Source: a virus
Lineage: Duplodnaviria > Caudoviricetes
Strand: one strand, 5' to 3'
Length of the DNA: 24,996 nucleotides
IMG/VR virus record: IMGVR_UViG_3300012665_000117
Coordinates: 1 to 24,996 of that record
The stretch's first letter is position 1. Each line of letters opens with the position of its first letter. Below, piece by piece: positions 1 through 7,521 of the stretch. The position numbers and the translations under genes were made by a program. Below the pieces are notes generated by a model. The model saw nothing but the letters and a program-made list of their open reading frames with translations. It was not told the DNA's origin and searched no databases.

Positions 1-135
1 AGTAACAATAACTGAACGGTCTTCAGCCATTGACTCGATTGTTGTTGTAGTCTTGTCACCTGTGATCTTTACCAATGGTAAAAATCCTAGTGAGTGTGTA
101 TGTGCTACGATGTCTGTTAAAATGTCCTTAATCAT
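1..135 (-). CDS. DNA polymerase sliding clamp (gp45-like), N-terminal part, truncated by the window edge
   Basis: Manual translation from ATG at 135: MIKDILTDIVAHTHSLGFLPLVKITGDKTTTTIESMAEDRSVIVT. Strong SD (AAGGAG) upstream; directly follows the DNA polymerase. The sequence resembles the N-terminus of T4-like clamps as I recall them. Confidence 0.6.
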   Translation of the reverse strand, partial: MIKDILTDIVAHTHSLGFLPLVKITGDKTTTTIESMAEDRSVIVT

Positions 136-153
136 ATGATTCTCCTTAGTTGT

Positions 154-182
154 ATTGTATAGTGATTAATATGCGTTGTCAA
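154..182 (-). promoter_or_regulatory. sigma70-type early promoter for the clamp gene
   Basis: TTGACA (182-177), 17-bp spacer, TACAAT (159-154). Confidence 0.7.
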
Positions 183-186
183 CCTT

Positions 187-2856
187 TTAGAACTCGAATA
201 ACGAGTTAAAAGTATTCTTTTCTTCCGTACTCTTAATGTCCCAACCCAAAACACCAATAAGGTTTTCTAGTTTGTTGTCAATAATAGTCTGTTCCATCTC
301 TGCGTCATCAAATGGCAGTTCCATAAACCATTTAGGTAAACGTAGTTCGTCCACGGGATAAGCCACTGATGTAAAGCCGATTGGATTGGCCTTTAGCTTA
401 CAAACGATAACTTTCTGTCCGTCTGTAATCTGCATTGAATACTTGTCGCCATTCATACGGCGTAGAGTATTCCAGTTAATACTTGCTCGAACATGTCCGG
501 GCATATTAGCCTTGCCTGCTTTGGCTTCTTTAGCTTGATAGTCTGTAATGTTATTAGCACGTTTTGGACTACCTTTCTCCCAACCTGGTCTAGCTTTGAA
601 CTCACTGCGGAACTTGGTAATATGTTCTAGTACTTCAGTTTCCGAACCGGCAGTAAGTACACGTTCTAAAATATCACTCAAAAAGTTTTGAATAAATTCA
701 GGTGTGTCACTGCGCTTCAAGTCTAAACCCATGGCCTTGATCTTGCCAGGCTTACCATCTACGTCTGTACGCTTGCCTTCTTTATCAAAGTAAAGAACAG
801 CATAACGTTTCTTAGTAATGAACAAGCCTTTAATAGCAACAATCTCTCGACCTGCCTTAATAACTTCCCCACGACTTGGAGGGCAGTGGAATGCATCTTC
901 CATGAAGCTAGGGAATGTTTTATTAACTTCTTCCCCGACTTGATCGTATAGGGCAATAACGTTTTCTTTGGTCCACGGAATAGCACCAGAGTCGATGTCT
1001 TTCTTTAGCGTAGTATATCCAGAGAAATAACACGAGTCAGTGTCACCGTAGATAATAGCTTTACCACGATAGTCAAACTCGCCTGTAATGATCTCGTTTA
1101 CTTTACCAGCCATATGCTTAACAATCTGACGTCCTGTTAGTGTAGTTGACTGTCCGATACGCTTGTCAAAGAATCTACAACCTGCGTTAAGGATAGCACC
1201 ATATAGACTATTTAGGTTAATCTTCTTAACCAGCTGACGTTTATCCCAATATTCTTCTTCTACTTTATTCTCTGCTTTGATACAGTCTTTGAGTTTGGCC
1301 TGCATTTCTTTACGTTCAGCATACCAACGCTTTAACAAGCCGGGAATAATACCTTCACGTTCGTATGTAAAGATAGTACCGTTAGCACTTAACATCCAAG
1401 GTTGGTTACTGTCAAAGATCAACTTGTAGACTTCAGCGGCAGAATGTTCTGTGCTGTTGCCATCTTCCCAGTCAATAGTAATAGTCTTATCAATACGCTG
1501 TTCCATAACAGCAGTATATTCTAATGATCCAAACATACCTTCCCAGCTTGCGGCAAATGACTTCTTTTTAAGTGTCATTTGTTCGTGGATAAAGTTGTCT
1601 GTATCAGTTTGACGCAACTGTCCAACAATAGTTTCCGGACCCATGTTGAGCGCACGAATGGCACTTGGGTACAGTGAGTTAATGTCTAAAGAGCCAATCC
1701 ATTCGTGAATACCTTCTTTAGGATATGCAACATAAGCACCAGCGGCACTATTATCTGCATCTTCATCACGCTTTTGTCTATTAGGAACTTGGAAGCCCCT
1801 ACGATGACATTCGTTGATAATAGCTTGTTCTGTCACAGCCACAGCACCCATTGTAGTCTGTAGTAGAACAGTACATTCATGTGCTAGTGTGTTTGCAAGG
1901 TCAATGAACTTTAACTTGTCATCTAGTTTGTTTAACAACAAAGTATCTTGTCTGTTATAAACAATAAACTTATGAAAGTCATTGTTGTACAGTTGATCCA
2001 ATGTACCTTCGTAGACAGTCTTATTCTCGCCTACTTCCATTTCACCAATGGCATCTAGTCGATAAGTGTGTCTTTCTTCATATGTGTACTTGCGATATAG
2101 CTCGAGACTGTCTAAGTGTACACGACCGTGGAAGTCATAGGTAACAGCCTGCTTCCCGTATTTTTCGTATTCACGTTTCTTAGGTAACTGTCCCCACAAG
2201 CAGAAACGCTTAGTATCTTCTTTGCTTAATACACGGGTTACACGATTAACAGTATAAGGTACGTCATAGCCTTCACTGTTCCATCCGGATATAATATCAG
2301 CATCTTGAATGAGATCCAAGAATGTTTCTAACATGTCTCCCTCGCTATCAAACAAGTGTACATCTGGAATGTCGGCAACTAGTTTAACAGCATCGTCCAT
2401 CTTCATGCCTTTAGGAGGCATTGCTAGTGTAATCAACTTGCCAAGCCATTTTAGGTAAACAGTAATCGCAGTGATTGGCATGAAAGCATCTTCTGGAGTG
2501 CTATAGCCGCGTTCTGGATCAAAGTCTACCTCAATGTCGAAGAAGCAAATGTTTAGCTTAGGTGCGTCTTGATTTAGATAGTTTTCAGACAAGTGTACAA
2601 AGATTGGATTGATATCGCTTTCGTACAGTTCTTTATTTGAAGCAATAGAAACTTCTTTGCGGAAGTCTTTAGTGTTCTTGCATACTACCTTAGTAAGTGG
2701 ATCACCATAGATACTAGTGAACTTGCCTCGTTGATCTGGGTAGTAAAATGTGTAGCGTACAGGGTGTTCTTTATAAACCCTTTCGCCTTTTTCGTTTCGT
2801 TCGACGACTTTAATAGTGTCGTTCTCTCTGTCAAAGAGAGCATCTACATAGCTCAT
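187..2856 (-). CDS. Family B DNA polymerase with 3'-5' exonuclease (T4 gp43-like)
   Basis: ExoI FFDIEV, ExoII WNSEGYD, ExoIII YNRQD; polymerase motifs DINSLYPS, KINLNSLYG, YGDTDS, KKRY. 889 aa, no intein evident. Confidence 0.97.
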   Translation of the reverse strand: MSYVDALFDRENDTIKVVERNEKGERVYKEHPVRYTFYYPDQRGKFTSIYGDPLTKVVCKNTKDFRKEVSIASNKELYESDINPIFVHLSENYLNQDAPKLNICFFDIEVDFDPERGYSTPEDAFMPITAITVYLKWLGKLITLAMPPKGMKMDDAVKLVADIPDVHLFDSEGDMLETFLDLIQDADIISGWNSEGYDVPYTVNRVTRVLSKEDTKRFCLWGQLPKKREYEKYGKQAVTYDFHGRVHLDSLELYRKYTYEERHTYRLDAIGEMEVGENKTVYEGTLDQLYNNDFHKFIVYNRQDTLLLNKLDDKLKFIDLANTLAHECTVLLQTTMGAVAVTEQAIINECHRRGFQVPNRQKRDEDADNSAAGAYVAYPKEGIHEWIGSLDINSLYPSAIRALNMGPETIVGQLRQTDTDNFIHEQMTLKKKSFAASWEGMFGSLEYTAVMEQRIDKTITIDWEDGNSTEHSAAEVYKLIFDSNQPWMLSANGTIFTYEREGIIPGLLKRWYAERKEMQAKLKDCIKAENKVEEEYWDKRQLVKKINLNSLYGAILNAGCRFFDKRIGQSTTLTGRQIVKHMAGKVNEIITGEFDYRGKAIIYGDTDSCYFSGYTTLKKDIDSGAIPWTKENVIALYDQVGEEVNKTFPSFMEDAFHCPPSRGEVIKAGREIVAIKGLFITKKRYAVLYFDKEGKRTDVDGKPGKIKAMGLDLKRSDTPEFIQNFLSDILERVLTAGSETEVLEHITKFRSEFKARPGWEKGSPKRANNITDYQAKEAKAGKANMPGHVRASINWNTLRRMNGDKYSMQITDGQKVIVCKLKANPIGFTSVAYPVDELRLPKWFMELPFDDAEMEQTIIDNKLENLIGVLGWDIKSTEEKNTFNSLFEF

Positions 2857-2867
2857 ATTTCTCCTTA

Positions 2868-2915
2868 TGTGATTTAGGGCTCACAAATACCAACGTAGTC
2901 ATTTATGGCTGACTA
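2868..2915 (-). promoter_or_regulatory. Tandem hairpins just upstream of the polymerase SD; candidate translational autoregulation operator
   Basis: Minus strand reads UAGUCA-GCCAUAAA-UGACUA and UGUGA-GCCCUAAA-UCACA, immediately before UAAGGAG...AUG. Confidence 0.55.
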
Positions 2916-2925
2916 AACCTTTCTC

Positions 2926-3225
2926 TTAAATACTTATCAGTCTAATAAGTGCTATAATGTCAATAGTGACTAGTAGCATATAGTTAGCTACCATACCTGT
3001 ACTCTTTCGAGTCCATGCCGCCCAAGCAAATATAGCGCATTGTGTAATAAACAAAGGGTATAAAATCAAGAACGGAGGATTTGGTAATGTCAATCCCATC
3101 CATACGGCACAAATAATACTCATAAACCAAGCAGAAATTTCAAGAAAGAACCTTAACGGCCATTCTCTGTAATCTTGCCTAGCCCAGTTATATGTACTGG
3201 TTACAAAATTATTAAGCCAAGTCAA
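2926..3225 (-). CDS. Small multi-pass membrane protein
   Basis: 99 aa with about three hydrophobic segments; tightly packed between the dsbA-like gene and the polymerase. Confidence 0.75.
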   Translation of the reverse strand: MTWLNNFVTSTYNWARQDYREWPLRFFLEISAWFMSIICAVWMGLTLPNPPFLILYPLFITQCAIFAWAAWTRKSTGMVANYMLLVTIDIIALIRLISI

Positions 3226-3227
3226 TG

Positions 3228-3488
3228 TTATTTGTCCTTGCCAACAGTTACGATTAGAGTTTCTAAATCGTCAAAGTCGCTGAATACATCGTTCCAGTTA
3301 CCTTTGTGGGCAATAGAAATAGCTTTGTTAATTAATGCGGGTTTGATTTCGAGTTCTTCTGCAACTGCTTTAACAGTTTCTTTAAGTCCCTCGGATAGAC
3401 TTTCGATCTCGTATTTGATTTGACAGCCTTCGTTGATTAAACGTTCGAGTTTGGCCTTCTCTTCTGGTCCATAGGTGCGTGAGCCCAT
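3228..3488 (-). CDS. Double-stranded DNA-binding protein (T4 DsbA-like)
   Basis: 86-aa helical protein (LINEG..IKYEIESLSEGLKETVKAVAEELEIKPALINKAI) resembling phage DsbA; AAGGAG SD; consensus early promoter upstream. Confidence 0.6.
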   Translation of the reverse strand: MGSRTYGPEEKAKLERLINEGCQIKYEIESLSEGLKETVKAVAEELEIKPALINKAISIAHKGNWNDVFSDFDDLETLIVTVGKDK

Positions 3489-3510
3489 AGTTTCTCCTTG
3501 TTAATGCCTT

Positions 3511-3540
3511 ATTATATAGCCTTGTGTTGACAATGTCAAC
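3511..3540 (-). promoter_or_regulatory. Consensus sigma70 early promoter driving dsbA-like/membrane/polymerase genes
   Basis: TTGACA (3539-3534), 17 bp, TATAAT (3516-3511). The -35 lies in the inverted repeat GTTGACA-A-TGTCAAC (3526-3540). Confidence 0.8.
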
Positions 3541-3546
3541 TATATT

Positions 3547-3861
3547 TTATCCAATGTTTGGATCAATGCCTCTTGAACGGACGCCACCCTTTTTACGTTG
3601 TGCGGCAAGTTCTTCTAGACCATGTCTAATCTGTTCAACGTTCATTGCTAGCTCTGAAAAGTTTTTGGCAATCATTTCCCATTCTAAGGGACTAGCGTGT
3701 TCTGCTCTTTTAGCAAGGTCCTTTAACTGGCCTGCGGCACGTAGCATACGAAACTGTAGCTTGCCTGGATTGGCACCTTGGTGACTATGTACCAACGGAT
3801 TCATTGGTTCACTAGGATCAAAGTCGATAGGTGCTTCTGTTAATAGTTCGTTTATTTTCAT
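3547..3861 (-). CDS. Hypothetical protein with capsid-targeting-like N-terminus (probable internal head protein)
   Basis: Starts MKINELLTEA; ATGA overlap with the upstream gene. Confidence 0.7.
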   Translation of the reverse strand: MKINELLTEAPIDFDPSEPMNPLVHSHQGANPGKLQFRMLRAAGQLKDLAKRAEHASPLEWEMIAKNFSELAMNVEQIRHGLEELAAQRKKGGVRSRGIDPNIG

Positions 3862-4241
3862 ACGCCGTATTTGTTACGTTTTGGTTTAGCTACTGTGCTT
3901 GTTTTATTAATATCTGGTAGTTCTTGACTACGTTTGCCGGACCAGTTTTGAATAGAGCCACCGCCTACTGCTAATGATGCGGCTTTAACCATTTCATATT
4001 CTTCTTCTGTATATGTACTAATCAAAGGGTCACCGCCGATCCAGTTATCTGCTTCCATCTTAGTGGGATAATCAGGTGCGCCTGCAAGTGCAATATTCAT
4101 CCTCCATCCTAAGTAAGCTGAACCGGTACTTGGATTCATTGATGGAATAGTCATGGCATTTTTCATCGAGGCTTTAAAAGATGGCTCGATCTTCTTCATT
4201 CCGCCTTTGCCTTGTTCAACAATAAATTCTTTTGCTCTCAT
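3858..4241 (-). CDS. Hypothetical protein with capsid-targeting-like N-terminus
   Basis: Starts MRAKEFIVEQ; ATAAATA late-promoter-like motif 5 nt upstream. Confidence 0.75.
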   Translation of the reverse strand: MRAKEFIVEQGKGGMKKIEPSFKASMKNAMTIPSMNPSTGSAYLGWRMNIALAGAPDYPTKMEADNWIGGDPLISTYTEEEYEMVKAASLAVGGGSIQNWSGKRSQELPDINKTSTVAKPKRNKYGV

Positions 4242-4246
4242 ACTAG

Positions 4247-4253
4247 TATTTAT
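4247..4253 (-). promoter_or_regulatory. T4-like late promoter (ATAAATA)
   Basis: ATAAATA-CTAGT-ATG; resembles the T4 late consensus TATAAATA. Confidence 0.55.
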
Positions 4254-4951
4254 CTAACTTTAGCTAGTCTCAATAATCTAAACAAGCTGAACCACATCCA
4301 TCCTATATCAAACTCAAACCATTTTTTGCTCAGCTTAGGACTTGCTGGGTCCAAGTGATGATTGTTATGCAGTTCTTCACCGCCAACAACAATGCCCCAG
4401 GGACTAATATTACGGCTTTGATCTTTAGTAGTTCCATTGCGATAACCCCACCAATGACCGATGCCATTAATAACACCCGCGGCCCAAAACGGAATCCATA
4501 TCATTTGTACACCCCACACTATTAAACCTAAAGGCCCAAATAATAACAAGTTTATAACTAACATTAGGAGAATGCCTAGGCGACTATGGGGTGTATAAAT
4601 ATTACGTTCTACCCAATCCCAGGGAGTACCTTGACCGTAAGTAGCAACCATTACTGCATCTTTACTAGCATCGTGATACAATCCTGCACCTTTAAAGAAC
4701 ACACGCCATATACCATATACATGCGGGCTATGCGGATCGCCTTCGGCATCACTAAATCTATGATGCTTGCGGTGTATTGCTACCCATTGCTTAGTAACCA
4801 TGCCGGTTGTTAGCCATAGCCAAAAACGCATAAAATGTTCTAACAAGGGATTAAAAACAAATCCTCTATGTGCTTGTCCTCTATGTAAAAATAGGGTAAC
4901 GCAGACAATAGTAATGTGTGTTACTATCAGTGTATATAATATAATCATCAT
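4250..4951 (-). CDS. Membrane delta-9-type fatty acid (acyl-CoA) desaturase, auxiliary metabolic gene
   Basis: Three His boxes HRGQAH, HRKHH, HNNHH; also DPHSP and FDIGW; transmembrane segments. Confidence 0.93.
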   Translation of the reverse strand: MMIILYTLIVTHITIVCVTLFLHRGQAHRGFVFNPLLEHFMRFWLWLTTGMVTKQWVAIHRKHHRFSDAEGDPHSPHVYGIWRVFFKGAGLYHDASKDAVMVATYGQGTPWDWVERNIYTPHSRLGILLMLVINLLLFGPLGLIVWGVQMIWIPFWAAGVINGIGHWWGYRNGTTKDQSRNISPWGIVVGGEELHNNHHLDPASPKLSKKWFEFDIGWMWFSLFRLLRLAKVR

Positions 4952-4953
4952 CT

Positions 4954-4971
4954 AATATTTAGCTAAATATT
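4954..4971. promoter_or_regulatory. Perfect 18-bp palindrome forming back-to-back late-promoter-like CTAAATA motifs
   Basis: AATATTTAGCTAAATATT lies between the divergent desaturase and riboswitch-terC units. Confidence 0.55.
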
Positions 4972-5060
4972 TGTGGGGAGTAACTAACCAGCAGGTGCTG
5001 GTTCTATATATCGTCAACACGGCTACAGCCCGGTATATAGACAAAGAGGTGAGACCATAA
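4971..5060 (+). ncRNA. yybP-ykoY (Mn2+-sensing) riboswitch
   Basis: Family hallmarks GGGGAGUA (4975-4982), CGUCAACA (5012-5019) and GGUGAGACC (5048-5056). P1 UUGUGG/CCAUAA, hairpin AACCAGC/GCUGGUU, 10-bp stem CUAUAUAUCG/CGGUAUAUAG. Directly upstream of a TerC-family gene, the canonical context. Confidence 0.88.
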
Positions 5061-5075
5061 CTTTTAAGGAAGATT

Positions 5076-5765
5076 ATGGAACTCTTTACGCTCCAAGCCC
5101 TATGGGCATTTCTCGCTATCATTTTGATAGACATTGTATTAGCTGGTGATAACGCTCTTGTTATCGGAATGGCAGCTAACAAACTACCAGACCACTTACG
5201 TAAGAAGGCAATCTTTTGGGGAACCTTTGGTGCTATTGCCATACGTTTTGTATCAGTTGCGGCACTAACATACCTACTAATGATCCCGGGCTTACGTGCC
5301 ATTGGTGCCGCCGCTTTAATATGGATTGGATGGAAACTAGTATTCGATCACGGCGAACACAACATCGACGCTAAAGATACCTTTTGGGGTGCTATTGGTA
5401 CTATTGTAGTTGCCGATGCTGTTATGGGCATAGACAACGCACTAGGTATTGCCGCAGCCGCTAACGGAAACTTTGTGCTAGTCATTGCTGGCTTGTTAAT
5501 CTCAGTGCCAATCATCTTGTTTGGGGCTACTATGGTTAGTAAGATTCTACAACGTTGGCCCGATACCGTATTCATTGGTAGCTTTGTGTTGTTTGCTGTT
5601 GCTATGCTAATGCTAATGAAAGAACCATTAATGGCCGGCTGGTGGGCAGGACTTGTGCCATGGGCCGCTACAATAGTACCGTGGGCAGTTGCTCTAGTTA
5701 TTACTGCTGTTCAATACAACAAGGCAAGACTACACTTACATAAGAAGTATTTGTTCAAGTCATAA
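5076..5765 (+). CDS. TerC family (YjbE/Alx-like) membrane protein, putative Mn2+/metal transporter
   Basis: Motifs DIVLAGDNALVI and ADAVMGIDNALGIA; about seven TM helices. Confidence 0.92.
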   Translation: MELFTLQALWAFLAIILIDIVLAGDNALVIGMAANKLPDHLRKKAIFWGTFGAIAIRFVSVAALTYLLMIPGLRAIGAAALIWIGWKLVFDHGEHNIDAKDTFWGAIGTIVVADAVMGIDNALGIAAAANGNFVLVIAGLLISVPIILFGATMVSKILQRWPDTVFIGSFVLFAVAMLMLMKEPLMAGWWAGLVPWAATIVPWAVALVITAVQYNKARLHLHKKYLFKS

Positions 5766-5790
5766 AAAAAGCCCCGCAAGGGGCTTTCTT
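5764..5790. terminator. Intrinsic terminator, probably bidirectional and stronger on the minus strand
   Basis: AAAAAAA-GCCCC-GCAA-GGGGC-TTTCTT; gives a 7-U tail on the minus strand. Confidence 0.85.
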
Positions 5791-5893
5791 GTATTAGTGC
5801 TCACTTTCGAGATTCCCGGTAGCGAATCGGGCCGTCCCGCGCCAGCAGCCGGCGCACACAATCGGTAACGAGTACCGGTCCTAAGGTGTGTTC
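5791..5893 (-). ncRNA. Candidate structured small RNA bearing rRNA-complementary (or rRNA-mimicking) segments
   Basis: GC-rich intergenic stretch with three stem-loops. Plus-strand text contains GCTCACT.TCGAG, GGTAGCGAA, GCCAGCAGCCG and CGGTCCTAAGGT, all conserved rRNA words. Strand is inferred from the upstream minus-strand operon and the minus-strand terminator; G-U wobble evidence is split between strands. Confidence 0.65.
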
Positions 5894-5894
5894 T

Positions 5895-6653
5895 TTAATG
5901 TTTCTTTGCTCGCCCTGCTTTCATGTTAGCTAACCAATGTGCTAGTTGTCCTTTACGCCCGCCTTGCTTGGCAGTTTTACGTAGACTACTTACACTTGCT
6001 TTAGTGTTAATACCGTGACGCTTGCTGTCGCCTTTGTCTTGCGGGTTCTTACCATCAGCAAAGTTTTCTTTCATAATCCATGTATCAGGGATTTGACCGT
6101 ATTTTTCAACCCACATGTCGTGTAACTTCTGGCCACTAATGCCATGGGCTTTAGCAATACGTGTCATGATTGTATCAATAATATCATACACTTGATCGTC
6201 AGTAGCTGATTGTAGTTTTTCTTTTCTTGCTAGTAACGCTGTCTTTAGTTGCGGCACAGATTGACTATCCTTTTTATGATCCATATTTTCACCTACGTTA
6301 TATGTAGGATCAACTTTTTGTCTTGGCATACCTTTAGGCTGCTTAGGATCAACAGGATCAATATCTGTAGTTGTAAGCCCTAACTTCTTTAGAGCATCGA
6401 TATACTTGTGTTCTTCTTCTTCGCTACCAAATGCCATAATAGTACTCGGTGGCCCTTTCCCAAACTCACTAGCATCGGCTTGTTTTAAGTTACTGATAAA
6501 TTTGCCTAACTTGTACCAGTCGTAGACATCACTTACATCTACTCTAACAGTGCCAGCTGGCATCGTAGGTTTAAACTCAGGACCGGGAGGCGGATCATTG
6601 GGATGATAGTCATCCGTTACTTCTTTGTTTTTAATAAAGTCTTTAGCTCTCAT
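5895..6653 (-). CDS. Modular hypothetical protein, probable internal head protein
   Basis: Starts MRAKDFIKNKE; internal x-x-E|N junctions (VGENM, MKENF); basic C-terminal module ENFADGKNPQDKGDSKRHG...HWLANMKAG. Confidence 0.75.
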   Translation of the reverse strand: MRAKDFIKNKEVTDDYHPNDPPPGPEFKPTMPAGTVRVDVSDVYDWYKLGKFISNLKQADASEFGKGPPSTIMAFGSEEEEHKYIDALKKLGLTTTDIDPVDPKQPKGMPRQKVDPTYNVGENMDHKKDSQSVPQLKTALLARKEKLQSATDDQVYDIIDTIMTRIAKAHGISGQKLHDMWVEKYGQIPDTWIMKENFADGKNPQDKGDSKRHGINTKASVSSLRKTAKQGGRKGQLAHWLANMKAGRAKKH

Positions 6654-6937
6654 TAGCAGTTCCAGCGATTAAGTGCTTTGGCTTTTGGAGTAGGTCTGCC
6701 CTTCTCGTCTTTCATTGGGCCTTTGTTCCCACTCATTCGAGCACAGAATGATTTGCGGCGTTTAGCATCTTTACTACCTGGCTTTAGTTTGCTAGGCTTA
6801 GTAGTAACCGCAGTCTTCAACTTACTGCCTGGATTCTCACGACGATAGGCATTGACAGCTTTTTGACTAAGTCCGTCTGTTTTATCTTTCTTATTGACTT
6901 TGTTCCAGTCTTCGTTGATAAACTCTTTAGCTCTCAT
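6653..6937 (-). CDS. Small basic phage protein (DUF6321-like), probable internal head protein
   Basis: Starts MRAKEFINED; RRKSFCARM...RWNC motif recalled from T4-like phages. Confidence 0.7.
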   Translation of the reverse strand: MRAKEFINEDWNKVNKKDKTDGLSQKAVNAYRRENPGSKLKTAVTTKPSKLKPGSKDAKRRKSFCARMSGNKGPMKDEKGRPTPKAKALNRWNC

Positions 6938-7071
6938 ATGTTATTAATCTCATCGAATGTTAAAGGCAATCCGCCTATACCTGCACCAAATAAAGCTAGG
7001 CCTTTATACAGGGCTGTAAGGGTTGCGAGGACGATCAGTACCGTCGTCTTCTGGATAGACTGGATATTCAT
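6934..7071 (-). CDS. Possible 45-aa membrane peptide (not in ORF track)
   Basis: MNIQSIQKTTVLIVLATLTALYKGLALFGAGIGGLPLTFDEINNI; its TGA overlaps the next ATG (ATGA). Confidence 0.35.
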   Translation of the reverse strand: MNIQSIQKTTVLIVLATLTALYKGLALFGAGIGGLPLTFDEINNI

Positions 7072-7081
7072 TTTCTCTCAT
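7004..7081 (-). CDS. Possible 25-aa peptide (not in ORF track)
   Basis: MRENEYPVYPEDDGTDRPRNPYSPV; its ATG overlaps the dps stop (ATGA). Confidence 0.4.
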   Translation of the reverse strand: MRENEYPVYPEDDGTDRPRNPYSPV

Positions 7082-7521
7082 TTTAATATTGAACGTAAAA
7101 ACCAACTGTGCTTACGATGAGCATCTTGACGCTCTGCAAGGAAGTTGCTTAGACCGTACTCACCAGCACCGTCTGCCATTTTATAAACCATTGCCATTAG
7201 CTGTGCTAGTTTGTCACTGTCAGCTAATAGTTCAGCAGTCATGCCTCTTGCATCTGGAACTGAGTTCTCATCTTCAACTGTGGTCAACATGCTGAACTTG
7301 GCAAGACTTGCAGGCGCATATGCACCGCTCTTACGAATGTTTTCTGCAAAGTTATCAATGCTTCCGTAGACTTCGTCATAGATTCTTTCGAATAGTAAAT
7401 GAAACTCGTAGAAGTCTGGACCTTCCGTATTCCAATGAAAGTTTTGTGCCTTTAGTGCAAATGCATACTCGCTGGCAAATGCTATTTTTAATGCGTTTAG
7501 TAGTTGTTCCATATTACCCAC
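7078..7521 (-). CDS. dps: Dps / ferritin-like DNA-protecting protein
   Basis: Ferroxidase signature NFHWNTEGPDFYEFHLLFERIYDEV..IDNFAENIR and C-terminal HRKHSWFLRS. True start may be 7512. Confidence 0.92.
   Translation of the reverse strand: MGNMEQLLNALKIAFASEYAFALKAQNFHWNTEGPDFYEFHLLFERIYDEVYGSIDNFAENIRKSGAYAPASLAKFSMLTTVEDENSVPDARGMTAELLADSDKLAQLMAMVYKMADGAGEYGLSNFLAERQDAHRKHSWFLRSILK

Noticed and set aside
5810-5890. Twister or HDV-like ribozyme, or tRNA
   Set aside because: CCGGTCCTAAG resembles the twister L4 region but the closing stem and pseudoknot partners are missing. I could not build an HDV nested pseudoknot or a cloverleaf with a T-loop.
5791-5893. True rRNA gene fragment or assembly contamination
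   Set aside because: Matches are short words from both 16S and 23S, out of native order and joined by non-rRNA stems; the flanking phage genes are intact.
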